Origin: Mobula hypostoma
Lineage: Eukaryota
Reading direction: 5' to 3'
Assembly (NCBI RefSeq): GCF_963921235.1
Contig: NC_086107.1
Coordinates: forward strand, 108,626,001 to 108,690,000
Length of the DNA: 64,000 bases
This document shows positions 23,385-36,022 of this stretch, piece by piece (within the stretch, counting starts at the first letter, position 1; every line of letters starts with the position of its first letter). The notes below the pieces were generated by a model that was not told the DNA's origin, searched no databases, and saw only the letters and a program-made list of their open reading frames with translations. A program made the translations under genes and the position numbers.

Positions 23385-24365
23385 TTCTCCTCACCTGGCT
23401 ATCAACTCCCCCGGTGTTCTCCTCCTTCCCTTTCGCCCATGGTTGACTCTTCTCCTGTCAGATTCCTTCATCTTCAGCCCTTTACCTTTTCCACCAATCA
23501 CCTCTCAGCTATCTTGTGCGATTATGATGGGGACAGACCAGCTCTGCGGCCTGAAGTTAATACATGACACAGCACTGGACTGAACTGAGCTAAACTGAAT
23601 ACTTTCATTGACCGCGTGGGTTGGAGTTGTATATTCTGAGTTTTTCGCTAATTTTCTTTTCGCTATTTGCACGATTTGTTTTTTTTTGCCCCATTGGGGG
23701 TTCAATGTTTTTCTTTGAATGGGTTCCATGGTTCTGGCCCAAAATGTCAACTGTACTTTTTTCAATAGAAGCTGCCTGGCCTGCTGAGTTCCTCCAGCAT
23801 TTTGTGTGTGTTGCTCGGATTTCTAACGTCTGCAGATTTTCTCTTGTTTGTGATTGGACACTCTGAAGTCTCTTCCAGGGATGCCTACCCTGAAGAAGTT
23901 TAAATCTTCCCTTTGGAAGGGTCTCAGCCCGAAACGTTAACTGTACTCTTTTCCATAGATGCTGCCTGGCCTGCTGAGTTCCTCCAGCAGTTTGTGTGAC
24001 TTGCTTGGGTTCCATGGTTTTCGTTTTTTTTGGGGCTGTCTGTGAGAAGACGAATCTCAGGGTTGTATACTGCATACAGACTTGAGAATAAACGTATTTT
24101 GAATCTTCGAATCTTTGAAGCTTCATACTTCATACCCTCCCACACTCACCTGGTTTCACCTATCACCTTCCAGTTTGTTCTCCTTCCCCTCCCCCCAGCT
24201 TCTTATTCTGACTTCTTCCCCCTTCCTCTCTGTCCTGATGAAGGGTCTTAGCCTGAAGTGTCAACTGTTTATGCTTTTCCATAGATGCCGTCTGGCCTGC
24301 TGCGTTCCTCCAGCATTTTGCAAGTGCTACTCTGGATTTTCAGCATCTGCAGAATCCCTTGTGCT
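23385..24365 (+). mobile_element. Nested cluster: old PLE 3' part > LINE-derived repeat (about 23516-24120) > tandem PLE mini-insert (23734-24005)
   Basis: The PLE UTR is interrupted and resumes near 24120; the inner insert has a 14-bp TSD tgggttccatggtt at 23720-23733 and 24006-24019. Confidence 0.75.
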
Positions 24366-24889
24366 TAGACAAGTTTACTTTTTAATTCTAAGGAAAAGTT
24401 AATGTGAAATGTGTGTGCCAGATTCACATAACATCCAGCCCATTTCACAATGTGCTTTAGGGTAAGAAATCACCCATGTATGGCCCTGATATGACGTCAA
24501 ACCTACTGACGTGTTCGATTCTTCAGTAGTGGGAAAAGTACAGTATGTACTCATTAGATCAGACAGTATCTTCAGGGAGAGAAAGAGACCTGAAACAATA
24601 ACTGTGCCTCTCTCTCCATCAGTGCTCTCTCCATAAATATTGGATGCCCTCAGCATTGACGAACAGAGAAATACAGTTAATGTTTTGGCTCTCCTTCTCT
24701 CTCCTCAGATGCTGCCTGACCTGCTGAGTATTGGTGGAATTTTCCATTTTAGTTCGATTGTAATTTTTACAGTTTTCCTTTACACTTCTCTCTGTATCTG
24801 TTTCAGCTCAGGAGAGTTGTGACTGGTAAATAAATATTAACATCTGCAATACCTGAACGAATAAGTAGATTTATGTTTTTATACACGGG

Positions 24890-25118
24890 GATACAGCACA
24901 GTAACAGGCGCTTCTAGCCCAACAAGCCTGCACCAGCCAACTACGCCCACTGTGGCCAATTAACCTACTAACCCATATGTCCTTGGAATGTGGGAGGAAC
25001 CAGAGCACGTAGAGGAAACACATGTAGTCACAGGGAGAAGGTATAAACTCTTTACAGGCAGTGGTGGGAATCGAACCGCTTCACAAGCGCTGTAAGGTGT
25101 TAGGCTACCATTTTGCCC
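24890..25118 (-). mobile_element. V-SINE
   Basis: V-domain core ttggaatgtgggaggaaccagagcac..gaggaaac; B-box-like ggttcgattccc on the minus strand. Confidence 0.7.
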
Positions 25119-25189
25119 AATGCAGAATTTTTCTCTGAGAAGAAATGTCTAATCAAACCCCAACCTGCTGTGACAGCAAGAACTTAATG

Positions 25190-25430
25190 TATGGATGGTA
25201 TACAAGACTACGAAGGGCATCGATAGAGTAAACGGCCAGAATCTGTATCACATAGTCTGGGGAGCCTAGCATAGGTTAAAAGTGAAAGGGAGGATATTTA
25301 AAGGAGTTCTGAGTGGCAAATCTTTCACACGAAGAGCTGTTTGCCAGATGAGGTAGGAACAGAAACAACTGAGGCGTCTAGATAGGTCCTTGAATGGGCA
25401 GAGCTTAGAGGGATATGGAATTAATTCAGA
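25190..25430 (+). mobile_element. Degenerate CR1 3' fragment leading into the satellite
   Basis: gtatacaagactacgaagggcatcgatagagt..ctagatagg..agagggatatgg. Confidence 0.7.
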
Positions 25431-28421
25431 CACAGAGGCATATGGAATTATTCAGACACAGAGGGATATGGAATGAATTCAGACACAGAGGCATATGGAA
25501 TTATTCAGACACAGAGGGATATGGAATTAATTCAGGCAGAGGGATATGGAATTAATTCAGGCAGAGAGGGATATGGAATTATTCAGACAGAGAGGGATAT
25601 GGAATTAATTCAGACAGAGAGGGATATGGAATTATTCAGACAGAGAGGGATATGGAATTAATTCAGGCAGAGGGATATGGAATTAATTCAGACAGAGGGA
25701 TATGGAATTAATTCAGGCAGAGGGATATGGAATTAATTCAGACAGAGAGGGATATGGAATTAATTCAGACACAGAGGGATATGGAATTAATTCAGACACA
25801 GAGGGATATGGAATTAATTCAGACACAGAGGGATATGGAATGAATTCAGACACAGAGGCATATGGAATTATTCAGACACAGAGGGATATGGAATTAATTC
25901 AGACACAGAGGGATATGGAATTAATTCAGACAGAGAGGGATATGGAATGAATTCAGACACAGAGGCATATGGAATTATTCAGACACAGAGGGATATGGAA
26001 TTATTCAGACACAGAGGCATATGGAATTATTCAGACACAGAGGGATATGGAATTAATTCAGACACAGAGGGATATGGAATTAATTCAGACACAGAGGGAT
26101 ATGGAATTAATTCAGGCAGAGGGATATGGAATTATTCAGACAGAGAGGGATATGGAATGAATTCAGACACAGAGGCATATGGAATTATTCAGACACAGAG
26201 GGATATGGAATTAATTCAGACACAGAGGGATATGGAATTAATTCAGACACAGAGGGATATGGAATTAATTCAGACACAGAGGGATATGGAATTAATTCAG
26301 ACAGAGAGGGATATGGAATTAATTCAGACACAGAGGGATATGGAATGAATTCAGACAGAGAGGGATATGGAATTAATTCAGGCAGAGGGATATGGAATTA
26401 TTCAGACAGAGAGGGATATGGAATGAATTCAGACACAGAGGCATATGGAATTATTCAGACACAGAGGGATATGGAATTAATTCAGACACAGAGGGATATG
26501 GAATTAATTCAGGCAGAGGGATATGGAATTATTCAGACACAGAGGGATATGGAATTAATTCAGACACAGAGGCATATGGAATTAATTCAGACAGAGAGGG
26601 ATATGGAATTATTCAGACACAGAGGCATATGGAATTATTCAGACACAGAGGGATATGGAATTAATTCAGACAGAGAGGGATATGGAATTAATTCAGACAG
26701 AGAGGGATATGGAATTAATTCAGACACAGAGGGATATGGAATTAATTCAGACACAGAGGGATATGGAATTAATTCAGACAGAGAGGGATATGGAATTAAT
26801 TCAGGCAGAGGGATATGGAATTAATTCAGACAGAGAGGGATATGGAATTAATTCAGACAGAGGGATATGGAATTAATTCAGACACAGAGGGATATGGAAT
26901 TAATTCAGACACAGAGGGATATGGAATGAATTCAGACACAGAGGCATATGGAATTATTCAGACACAGAGGGATATGGAATTAATTCAGACACAGAGGGAT
27001 ATGGAATTAATTCAGACAGAGAGGGATATGGAATGAATTCAGACACAGAGGCATATGGAATTATTCAGACACAGAGGGATATGGAATTATTCAGACACAG
27101 AGGCATATGGAATTATTCAGACACAGAGGGATATGGAATTAATTCAGACACAGAGGGATATGGAATTAATTCAGACACAGAGGGATATGGAATTAATTCA
27201 GGCAGAGGGATATGGAATTATTCAGACAGAGAGGGATATGGAATGAATTCAGACACAGAGGCATATGGAATTATTCAGACACAGAGGGATATGGAATTAA
27301 TTCAGACACAGAGGGATATGGAATTAATTCAGACACAGAGGGATATGGAATTAATTCAGACACAGAGGGATATGGAATTAATTCAGACAGAGAGGGATAT
27401 GGAATTAATTCAGACACAGAGGGATATGGAATGAATTCAGACAGAGAGGGATATGGAATTAATTCAGGCAGAGGAATATGGAATTATTCAGACAGAGAGG
27501 GATATGGAATGAATTCAGACACAGAGGCATATGGAATTATTCAGACACAGAGGGATATGGAATTAATTCAGACACAGAGGGATATGGAATTAATTCAGGC
27601 AGAGGGATATGGAATTATTCAGACACAGAGGGATATGGAATTAATTCAGACACAGAGGCATATGGAATTAATTCAGACAGAGAGGGATATGGAATTATTC
27701 AGACACAGAGGCATATGGAATTATTCAGACACAGAGGGATATGGAATTAATTCAGACAGAGAGGGATATGGAATTAATTCAGACAGAGAGGGATATGGAA
27801 TTAATTCAGACACAGAGGGATATGGAATTAATTCAGACACAGAGGGATATGGAATTAATTCAGACAGAGAGGGATATGGAATTAATTCAGGCAGAGGGAT
27901 ATGGAATTAATTCAGACAGAGAGGGATATGGAATTAATTCAGACAGAGGGATATGGAATTATTCAGACAGAGATGGATATGGAATGAATTCAGACACAGA
28001 GGCATATGGAATTATTCAGACACAGAGGGATATGGAATTAATTCAGACAGAGAGGGATATGGAATTAATTCAGACACAGAGGGATATGGAATTAATTCAG
28101 ACACAGAGGGATATGGAATTAATTCAGACAGAGAGGGATATGGAATTAATTCAGACACAGAGGGATATGGAATTAATTCAGACAGAGAGGGATATGGAAT
28201 TAATTCAGACACAGAGGGATATGGAATTAATTCAGACACAGAGGGATATGGAATTAATTCAGACACAGAGGGATATGGAATTAATTCAGACACAGAGGGA
28301 TATGGAATTAATTCAGGCAGAGGGATATGGAATTAATTCAGACAGAGAGGGATATGGAATTAATTCAGACAGAGGGATATGGAATTAATTCAGACACGGA
28401 TACGGAATTAGTTCAGACACA
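25407..28421. repeat. 27-bp satellite (gagggatatggaattaattcagacaca)n with shorter variants and a 1086-bp higher-order duplication
   Basis: Roughly 110 tandem units; identical ORF translations recur at an offset of 1086 (25947/27033, 26126/27212). Confidence 0.97.
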
Positions 28422-28849
28422 TTGCTCAATTCATTAATGGACCATATTTGGAAAATTTGACAACATTAAATTGAAATTGATTGATCTTCGGAACGGCAGA
28501 AGTGATGAGCAGGATCTTTTCAACAACTGATCCTGCTCAGACCCTTGAGATTGTGTGTTGCTTCAGAGACCCAATTGTTCTGTGGCAGTGACTCACCTCC
28601 TCACATCCCTAAGCCTTTTCACCAGACCTCAGTCAGCAGTGTGATTGGATACTCCCCACTGCTTGGATGAGCGAAGCTTAAATAACGCAGGACAAGTTCA
28701 ATTTCTTCCAGGACAAAGTGGCCTTCTTGAGTGGTTCAATCACGAGGAAGTCACGCCAGCAGCTATACTTCATTAGGTATTTGAGGAGATTTGGTAGGAG
28801 ACTGGCTGTAGTATGGAGGCTCCAGTGCACTGGATCAAAACAGGTCATT

Positions 28850-29603
28850 CAAGCAGTAGGTCAGATTTACCATTGGAAGGTCTTCAAACATTATATCATA
28901 TTAAAAGTTGTTCACTTCTTATGGGTCACTACACATAGAGGTGTTGAGGGAAATGAACGGGCTGATCAGTTAGCTAAAAAAGCGGTTAAAAGTTCAACTG
29001 TGGATATAGTTCAACTTAGCAAATCAGAAGTTAAGGAGTTCTTAGGGTTAAAAATTGGGCGGGGTATCACAAGACTTGTGGGATAATGGACAAAAGGAGA
29101 GATACCTTTACAGTATACATAAAATTGTTGAGTTTGTGGGAGACGAGAGTGAAACAATAGAGGAAGGAATTATATTGACTCGACTTAGCATTGGGCATAT
29201 CTTGTTGAATTATTCATTATACCTTGTTGGAAAACATCACTCGGGGTTGTGTAGGTTTTGTCATCATTATAAAACAGTTGAACATATTCTATTACAGTGT
29301 GAAGCATATGAGGTTGAAAGAAATCAAATGCAGGCTTCACTACAATCCCTGGGGGTTGATAGTTTTCATTTGAAAACTTTATTAAGTTATGGAAGTGACT
29401 TTAATTTAATTCTCAGTGATTGTCTTTCATTATTTACAATCTATGGGGCTTTTTTGGGGTAATTTACCTTTCATTTTATAGAGAACTGTTGGGATTTTAT
29501 TTCCCAGTTCTCCACACCACACTCCAGTCCAGTTGGTGGCAGTAATGCGCCTTCAAGTAGGACTGCCAACCACCATTAAAAGTCAGAAAAAGAAGAAGAA
29601 AGA
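28850..29603 (+). pseudogene. Nimb/I-group LINE 3' end: RNase H C-terminus + CCHC finger + 3' UTR
   Basis: HFLWVTTHRGVEGNERADQLAK, LTRLSIGH, CRFC..TVEHILLQC; 3' stem ggtggcagt/actgccaacc and (gaa)n tail; nested in a Rex1-type fragment (about 28730-29935). Confidence 0.82.
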
Positions 29604-29939
29604 GATTTCAGTCAGTCGGCTCCAACATGGACACAACCCTCCCAACCATCAAGGACGTCTTCAAGAGTTGGTGCCTCAGGAAGGCAGTATCTATCATTTA
29701 GGATACTCACCATCCGGGACACGTCTGTTCTCATTATTACCATCTGGGAAGCGTTACAGGAGCCTAAAGACACACACTCAATGTTTAATGAATAGCTTCT
29801 GCTCCACTGCCATCAGATTTCTGAACAGTCTATGAACACTACCTCGTTATGCTTATTTGCAATTATATTTTAATTGTAACTTAATAGTATTTTTATATCT
29901 TACATTGCACTGTCACCACAAAACAACAATCTCATGACA

Positions 29940-30662
29940 TACAACTCAGTTCCACCTGATTAGATACAGGAGTGTACAGAGATTGATAGGCTCTTGGTTG
30001 AACATGGCATCAAATGTTTCGGGGAAAGGCTGGGAACTGGGGTCGAGGAGGAGAAAAAAAAGGATCAGCCATGATTGAATGGCGGAGCAGACATGATGGG
30101 CCAGATGGCCTAATTCTGCTCCTATGTCTTATGGTCTTATGGTCTAATAAAGTGGCCACAGGGGTGGAACACAGTGCAGTCTTCTGCTGCTGTAGCCCAT
30201 CCACTTTAAGGTTCGATGTGTTGTGCATTCTGACACATTCTTCTGCACACCACTGCCGTAACGTGTGGTTATTTGAGTTACTGTCACCTTCCTGTCAATG
30301 TGAACCAGTCTGGCCATTTTCCTCTGAACCCTCTCATTAACAAGGTGTTTTCACCCACAGAACTGCTGCTCATTGGACCATTCTCTGTAAACTCTAGAGA
30401 CTGTTGTGCGTGAAAATCCCAGGAGGTCAGCAGCTTCCGAGATCCTCAAACCACCCCATCTGGCACCAACAATCATTCCACAGTCAAAGTCACTTAGATC
30501 ACATTTCTTCCCCATTCTGGTGTCTGGGCTGAGCAGCAACTGAACCTCTTGACCATGTCCACATATTTTTATGCATCGAGTTACAGCCATGGGATTGGCT
30601 GATTAGATATTTGCATTAACAAGCAAGTGTACAGGTGTACCTAATAAAGTGGCCACTGAGTA
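29940..30662 (-). mobile_element. Non-autonomous Tc1-like element containing a CR1 3' tail (about 29978-30143)
   Basis: DLSDFDCGMIVGARWGGLRISEAADLLGFSRTTVSRVYREW; TIR gtacctaataaagtggccactgag. Confidence 0.85.
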
Positions 30663-30927
30663 TTGGTCAGTGTTAATAAACCTGTATCTAATCCTGGTAC
30701 CCATTCAACCACTAAAATTGTCTATTTCCTCCACCTTCTGCAGTGGCTGAAGTGTTCACTGACTACAAAATGCACTGAAGTTCCACTCCTATGCCTCTCA
30801 GACAGCACCTTCCAATCCCATACGACAATAAAAACTCTGCTTAGCAGATCAAGCAGCATCTGTGGTGGTGGTGGATCATTGACGCTTTGAGTTGCAACCC
30901 TGCATCAGTTCCTGATGCTGCTCGACC

Positions 30928-31512
30928 CTTTATGAAGCACTGGTGAGGCCTCACTTGGAGTAATGTGAGCAGTTTTGGTCCCCTTATCTAAGAAAGGATG
31001 TGCTGACTTTGGAGAGGGTTCAAAGGAAGTTCACGAAAGTGATTCCAGGATTGAAAGGCTTGCCATTTGAAGAGTGTTTAATGGCTCTAGGCCTCTAGAA
31101 TTCAGAAGAATGAGGGTTGACCTCATTAAAAGCTAGCGAATGTTGAAAGGCCTCGATAGAGTGGATGCGGAGAGGATGCTTCCAATGGTGGGGTGGGGTG
31201 GGGTCTAGGATGAGAGGCACAGCCTCAGAATAGAGGGATGTCCTTTTAGAATGGAGATGAGGAGGAATTTCTTCAGCCAGAGAGTGGTGAATCTGTGGAA
31301 TTTGTTGGCACAGGCTGCTATGAAGGCAAAGTCCTTGGGTATATTTAAGGCAGAGGTCGATAGCTTCTTGATAAGTCAGGGCATGAAGGGATACGGGGAG
31401 AAGGGAGGAGATTGGAGCTGAGAAGGAAAATGTGTCAGCCATAATGAAATGGCGGGGCAGACTTGATGGGCCAAATGGCCTAATTGTGCTCCTATATCAT
31501 ATGGTCTTATGG
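30928..31512 (+). mobile_element. CR1 LINE 3' fragment
   Basis: ctttatgaagcactggtgaggcctcacttggag...; ends tcatatggtcttatgg. Confidence 0.88.
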
Positions 31513-31794
31513 ACCCGCCGTGATCCTTCAGCAGATTGCTTATTGCTCCCGGTTCCAGTATCTGCAGTCTCAAACTCATAACTTCTAACACCAAAAAATA
31601 AGAAGGGCAACAGGCACATGGAAACACCACCAGTTCAAGCAATCACCCTAACCTGGAAATATATTGCAATTCTGGTCTAAATCCTGGACCTCCCTAAAAG
31701 CACCGGGGCAGTACAATCAGAAGGACTGGTGCTGTTTAAGGGGACGGTCTACCACCACAACCTCAAGAGCAATTAGGAACAGACAATTAGGAGA

Positions 31795-32310
31795 AAGCAG
31801 GGTAGTGTAGCAGTTAGTGTAATGCTATAGCAGCGCCAGCGAGCAGGGTTCGATTCCCGCTGCTGTAAGTAATCATCCCCGTGACTGTGTGGGCTTCCGA
31901 CAGGTATTCCTGTTTGTACCCCGGTCACTTCAACGCTCAATGTATTGTGCATTCAGAGGCGATCTTCTGCACACCGCTGTTGTAACGTGTGGTTTGTTGC
32001 CTTCCTGTCAGCTTGAACCAGTCTGGCCATTCTCCTCATTAACAGGGTGTTTTCACCCTCAGAACAGCCACTCACTGGATTTTTTGTTTTTTGCACCACT
32101 CTCTAGAGACTTGTGTTTGAAAACACGAGGAGAGCAGCAGTTTCTGAGATACTTAAACCACCCTGTCTGGCACCAAAAAATCATTCCACGGCCAAAGTCA
32201 CTTAGATCACATTTGCAAGACATATGGACTAGTAGGTTAGTGGTCACACGGGTGTAATTGGGAGGCACAGGCTCACAGGTCCGCCGTGCCTGCGACTGAG
32301 CAGTATCTCG
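31795..32310 (+). mobile_element. V-SINE interrupted by a Tc1-like fragment (about 31920-32213, minus strand)
   Basis: B box ggttcgattccc near 31847; DLSDFGRGMI remnant on the minus strand. Confidence 0.65.
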
Positions 32311-34359
32311 CAATAATAAAGAGGAAATATTATTTAATACCGGCCTTGCTGGCAATGCCCACCCACAGCCCCGAGTTGAAGAAGCAGGTGAAATTCATCT
32401 CCTGACAAAGAATTCGAAAGATTGCTGCCAAATTCCAGATAGGTGGGTTAGCAAGTTGTGAGAAGCACACGGAGTACCTGCAAAGGAACATAAATAGATT
32501 GTGTCACTGTGGCAGCAATCCCAGTATTTTCTGTTTCAATTCAGATTTCTACCAAATGCAGTTTTTGATTGCTTTTCAAGTTCTGATAATATTTTTGGGA
32601 TGAATAGGTTGTCTTATGTTCAATGCTTGAGGAAGGTTGGACCTGTACACTGCAGAATTTAGAAGAACAAGGGACCGTGGGTTGGAACATAAGACACTGG
32701 GAATACCCACAGGAAAATTAACTTCAGAGCATTATATGGTGATATATAAGTACCTTGATCATAAATTGACAAGATGAATGATCAAAGGGTATTTCATCCT
32801 GGAAGCATCTGGAAGTAGGAAGGATAGATTCTGAACAAGGGACTGCCCACTTGAAGTGGAAATGAGGAAGAGTTTCTTCTCTCAAACTATTGTAAAATGA
32901 AGGTGGTCCAGAGGAAGTTCAGAAGAATGATCCCAGAAATGAAAGGGTTCAGGTTAACCCACACCACCAGGTTCAGGAAGAGTTATTGGCCTGAAAGCAT
33001 CAGGCTCCTGAACCAGCGTGGATAACTTCACTGAACACTGAGTCGATTCCACAACCGACGGACTCACTTTCAAGGAATTTACAGCTCATGTTCTACAGCA
33101 AGTTCATAGATTTACTTTTTTTTGTTTGTAGAGTTTGTCTCCGCTCTCCGCTGCAGTGAGGCTGAGATAGTGGGCCTGCTCCCGCTGCTCCAGGTCCTGT
33201 GCCCATGGAGCCTCTCTCATTCTGAATGCAGTCTGCTTGCTTTCATTGTTTGCACGACGTGCGTGTTTTTGTTTCTCTCTCTGCGCATTGGGTGCTTGTT
33301 GACCACTTTTAAATGGGTTCTTCCGGGTTTCTTGTTTTGCACGGAGATACATCTCAAGGTTGTATAATTTATACATACCTTGATAACAAATATACTTTGA
33401 ACCTTGAGCTTTGTCTTTCGCACATTGGTTGATGGTCTTTATTTGTGCGCAGTTTTTCATCAATTCTGTTGTATTTCTTTGTTCAACTGTGAATACCTAC
33501 AAGAAAATGAATCTCAGGGTAGTATATGGTGACATATACATATGTACCTTGATAGTAAATTTACTTTGAACTTTGAACTAAGGACATTCTGAAACCCAAT
33601 GGTTGGGATCATTTAATCAAGAGCTCAGGAAGAAATATCAGTGCAGCGGCAGAGGCCAAATTTTTGAGCAAGTTTGGTGCTAGGAAAGGGGTCTGGAATA
33701 TACAGCTTGATGACAGATATTCATTACTGACACCATTTAACACACCATCTGGATTAGACAAGTTCCAACATGTAACCCTTTGGCCTTAGAGTCAGCTGGG
33801 ATAGGTTTCAGCAGAGAATACAGGGGAGCAGAAGGCACAACAGATCGCATTCAGTGGCTGTCGGAGCCCAGGACTTCGAACTCCAGAAGGCAATATGACC
33901 AGGTTCAAGCTAAACATTGACAGATACATCATAAATCAGAACAAATGCCATTTCTTCACCGTGGTAGACAGACCAGAAGGAATTAATTCAACCCCAGAAA
34001 ATGTCACAGCTAATACTGAGAAGTACCAAAGAGCAGAAAAGATTATTAGGGTTAGTCCAAGACATGAATTCTTTCATCCCACACGTTTTATAACATACAG
34101 TCAATCCAAGAGAACTAATGAGAGAAAATGTCAACTAGCAGTGGAAATAATCCCGTGTAACGTACTCAACGAATGCCAGCTGTATGCATTACAAATGCAG
34201 AAACTAGGTGCAGGAGTAGGCTCGGCTATTCCGTAAGTCATTGCCTCTCCGAACCCCACAAATGAAATTTGCCCCCCCAAAAAAAAAGAAATTTGCAAAC
34301 TGAAGCCTCGAGCGTGGGGGGATTACAGTATTTATTTGAACCACCCCCGCACTAATGTG

Positions 34360-35505
34360 TGCGTTAAATCTTTTATCTATCACTGTTATCTGAGGTTCCT
34401 CAGGTCTACTGTGTCCACATGGCCCAGATAGGCCAAAGGACCTGTTTTCATGAATGGAAGAGGGGGTAACCTGATTGCAGCCTCAGTGTGGTTTAAAACC
34501 TCAATCTGTCATTGTTACCTAAGGTTCTCTGGGTCTATTGTGAGTCTACATGTCCTAGATGGGCCAAAGGGCCAGTTTCCATGCTACATGAACGAGTGAA
34601 GAGGTAACCTGATTGCAGCCTAAGTGTAGATTAAAACCTCCATCCATCATTGATATCCAAGGTTCTTTGACGCTACTGTGAGTCCACGGCCTAGATGGGC
34701 CAAAGGGTCTGTTTCTATGATATATCACTGGGAAAGGATGGCGGGAGGAGAGAAAGCAGCACGCCATGCGTGCGCAGCCCTCCGGTGAAAAATGATATCG
34801 TATCCGTTAAATAGGGGCCGTGGACAATTCTGATTTGATGGAGACGGACGTGAAAGCACAGAGGAACATCTGGAAAAAATTTCTGAAACGCTCGTTCGCT
34901 GCTGTCATTACTGTGTGGTCGGGAATCTTTCAGAGGGAAGGCCTCAAAATCCCCGGCTTTGCCTGCCGTTGGCGACCAAGATGGAGGTCGAATTGCTCGG
35001 ATAGAGATGGCGCTCGGTACTCAGTGGTGGAGAGTTGATCAGAGCTCGAAGTTTTCGGATGACTTAGAGTTGGACCGTGGTCAGGTATGGCAGGGAGAGT
35101 TTTTCTTCCTTCTCCCGTCTGCGTGAGATGTGGGACATTTGAGAGACTTTGAACTTTTACTGTCCTCATGGACTTCTTCATCAAGTTATGGTATTGTTGC
35201 ACTGTTGTAACTATATGTTATAATTATGTGGTTTTGTTAGTTTTTTTCAGTCTTGGTCTGCCCTGTGTTTTGTGACACCAGGGGAAATATTGTATCATTT
35301 CTTAATGCATGCATTACTAAATGGCAATAAAAGAGGACTGCGTGTCCTCATAATCTAATCTAACCCCATTGTGGATTCAACCCTCAATCCATTACTGTCA
35401 TTTGAGGTTCTTTGGGTCTACTATGAGTTACCATGGCCTAGATGGTCTGAAAGGCCTGGCTCCATGGTCTACGAGTAGGAAGGAAGGTAACCTGATCACA
35501 TCCTC
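34360..35505. repeat. Tandem repeat of about 130-140 bp (4 units), split by retroposon copy 2
   Basis: Recurrent aggttc..gtctactgtg..agatgggccaaagg..ggtaacctgatt; ttaaaacc at 34493 and 34631. Confidence 0.8.
34735..35363 (+). mobile_element. Noncoding retroposon copy 2
   Basis: Homologous to 18474-19110; ends aataaaa-gaggac-tgcgt-gtcctc-ataatctaatctaa. Confidence 0.85.
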
Positions 35506-35729
35506 TTGTAGGGAAAGGTTCTATCACTTATTTTCCAAAGTCTTCACAGGGTATGGGTGAAAGGTAAAATGTTTAAGAGGAACATGAGGAGGAACTTCCT
35601 CACTCTGAGGCTGGTGTGAGGTTGGAATGAGCAAAATTTGAGAAGAAATGAGAGAAATTTGGATAGGTCCATGGATGGGAGGCTATGGTCCAGGTGTGGG
35701 TTGATGGGACTAGGCAGATTAATAGTTGA

Positions 35730-36022
35730 TTAAAGTCTGTCACGAGCCTTGTGGCCCATCAGGCCGGTGCTTATGCCGGTTTCCGTGGCGTGACGTGACT
35801 GAGAGTATGAGACTCCCCCACCCCTCACCCGGATAGGACACTAGTCTGGCGTGAGGTTAACCCCCAGCAGTTTTTGCCGGTACCCATTCTCAGCTGGGTG
35901 GACTGGAGCATTGTGTGGTTAAGTGCCTTGCTCAAGGACACAAACGTTGCCCCAGCCGAGGCTTGAACCCACGACCTTCAGATCGCTAGTCCAACGCCCT
36001 AACCACTTGGCCACGCGCCACA
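35730..36022 (-). mobile_element. Young tRNA-derived SINE (Meta-type central domain)
   Basis: Minus strand: A box tggccaagtgg, B box ggttcaagcc, then gtgtccttgagcaaggcacttaacc..ccagtccacccagctg..aatgggtacc; perfect 15-bp TSD cagattaatagttga at 35715-35729 and 36023-36037. Confidence 0.9.

Noticed and set aside
24492..24511. CRE palindrome TGACGTCA plus a half site
   Set aside because: About one such 8-mer is expected by chance in 64 kb, and there is no promoter context.
25407..28421. CRISPR-like array, or repeat proteins (MELIQTQRD / GYGINSDTE ORFs)
   Set aside because: Units are head-to-tail with no unique spacers and no cas genes; the ORFs are by-products of a 27-bp stop-poor monomer.
33895..34236. 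113-aa ORF in unique sequence
   Set aside because: No recognisable motif or exon structure; the length is within chance expectation.
35950..36022. tRNA gene
   Set aside because: The A/B boxes belong to a SINE head that continues into a SINE body with a TSD; no complete acceptor stem is evident.
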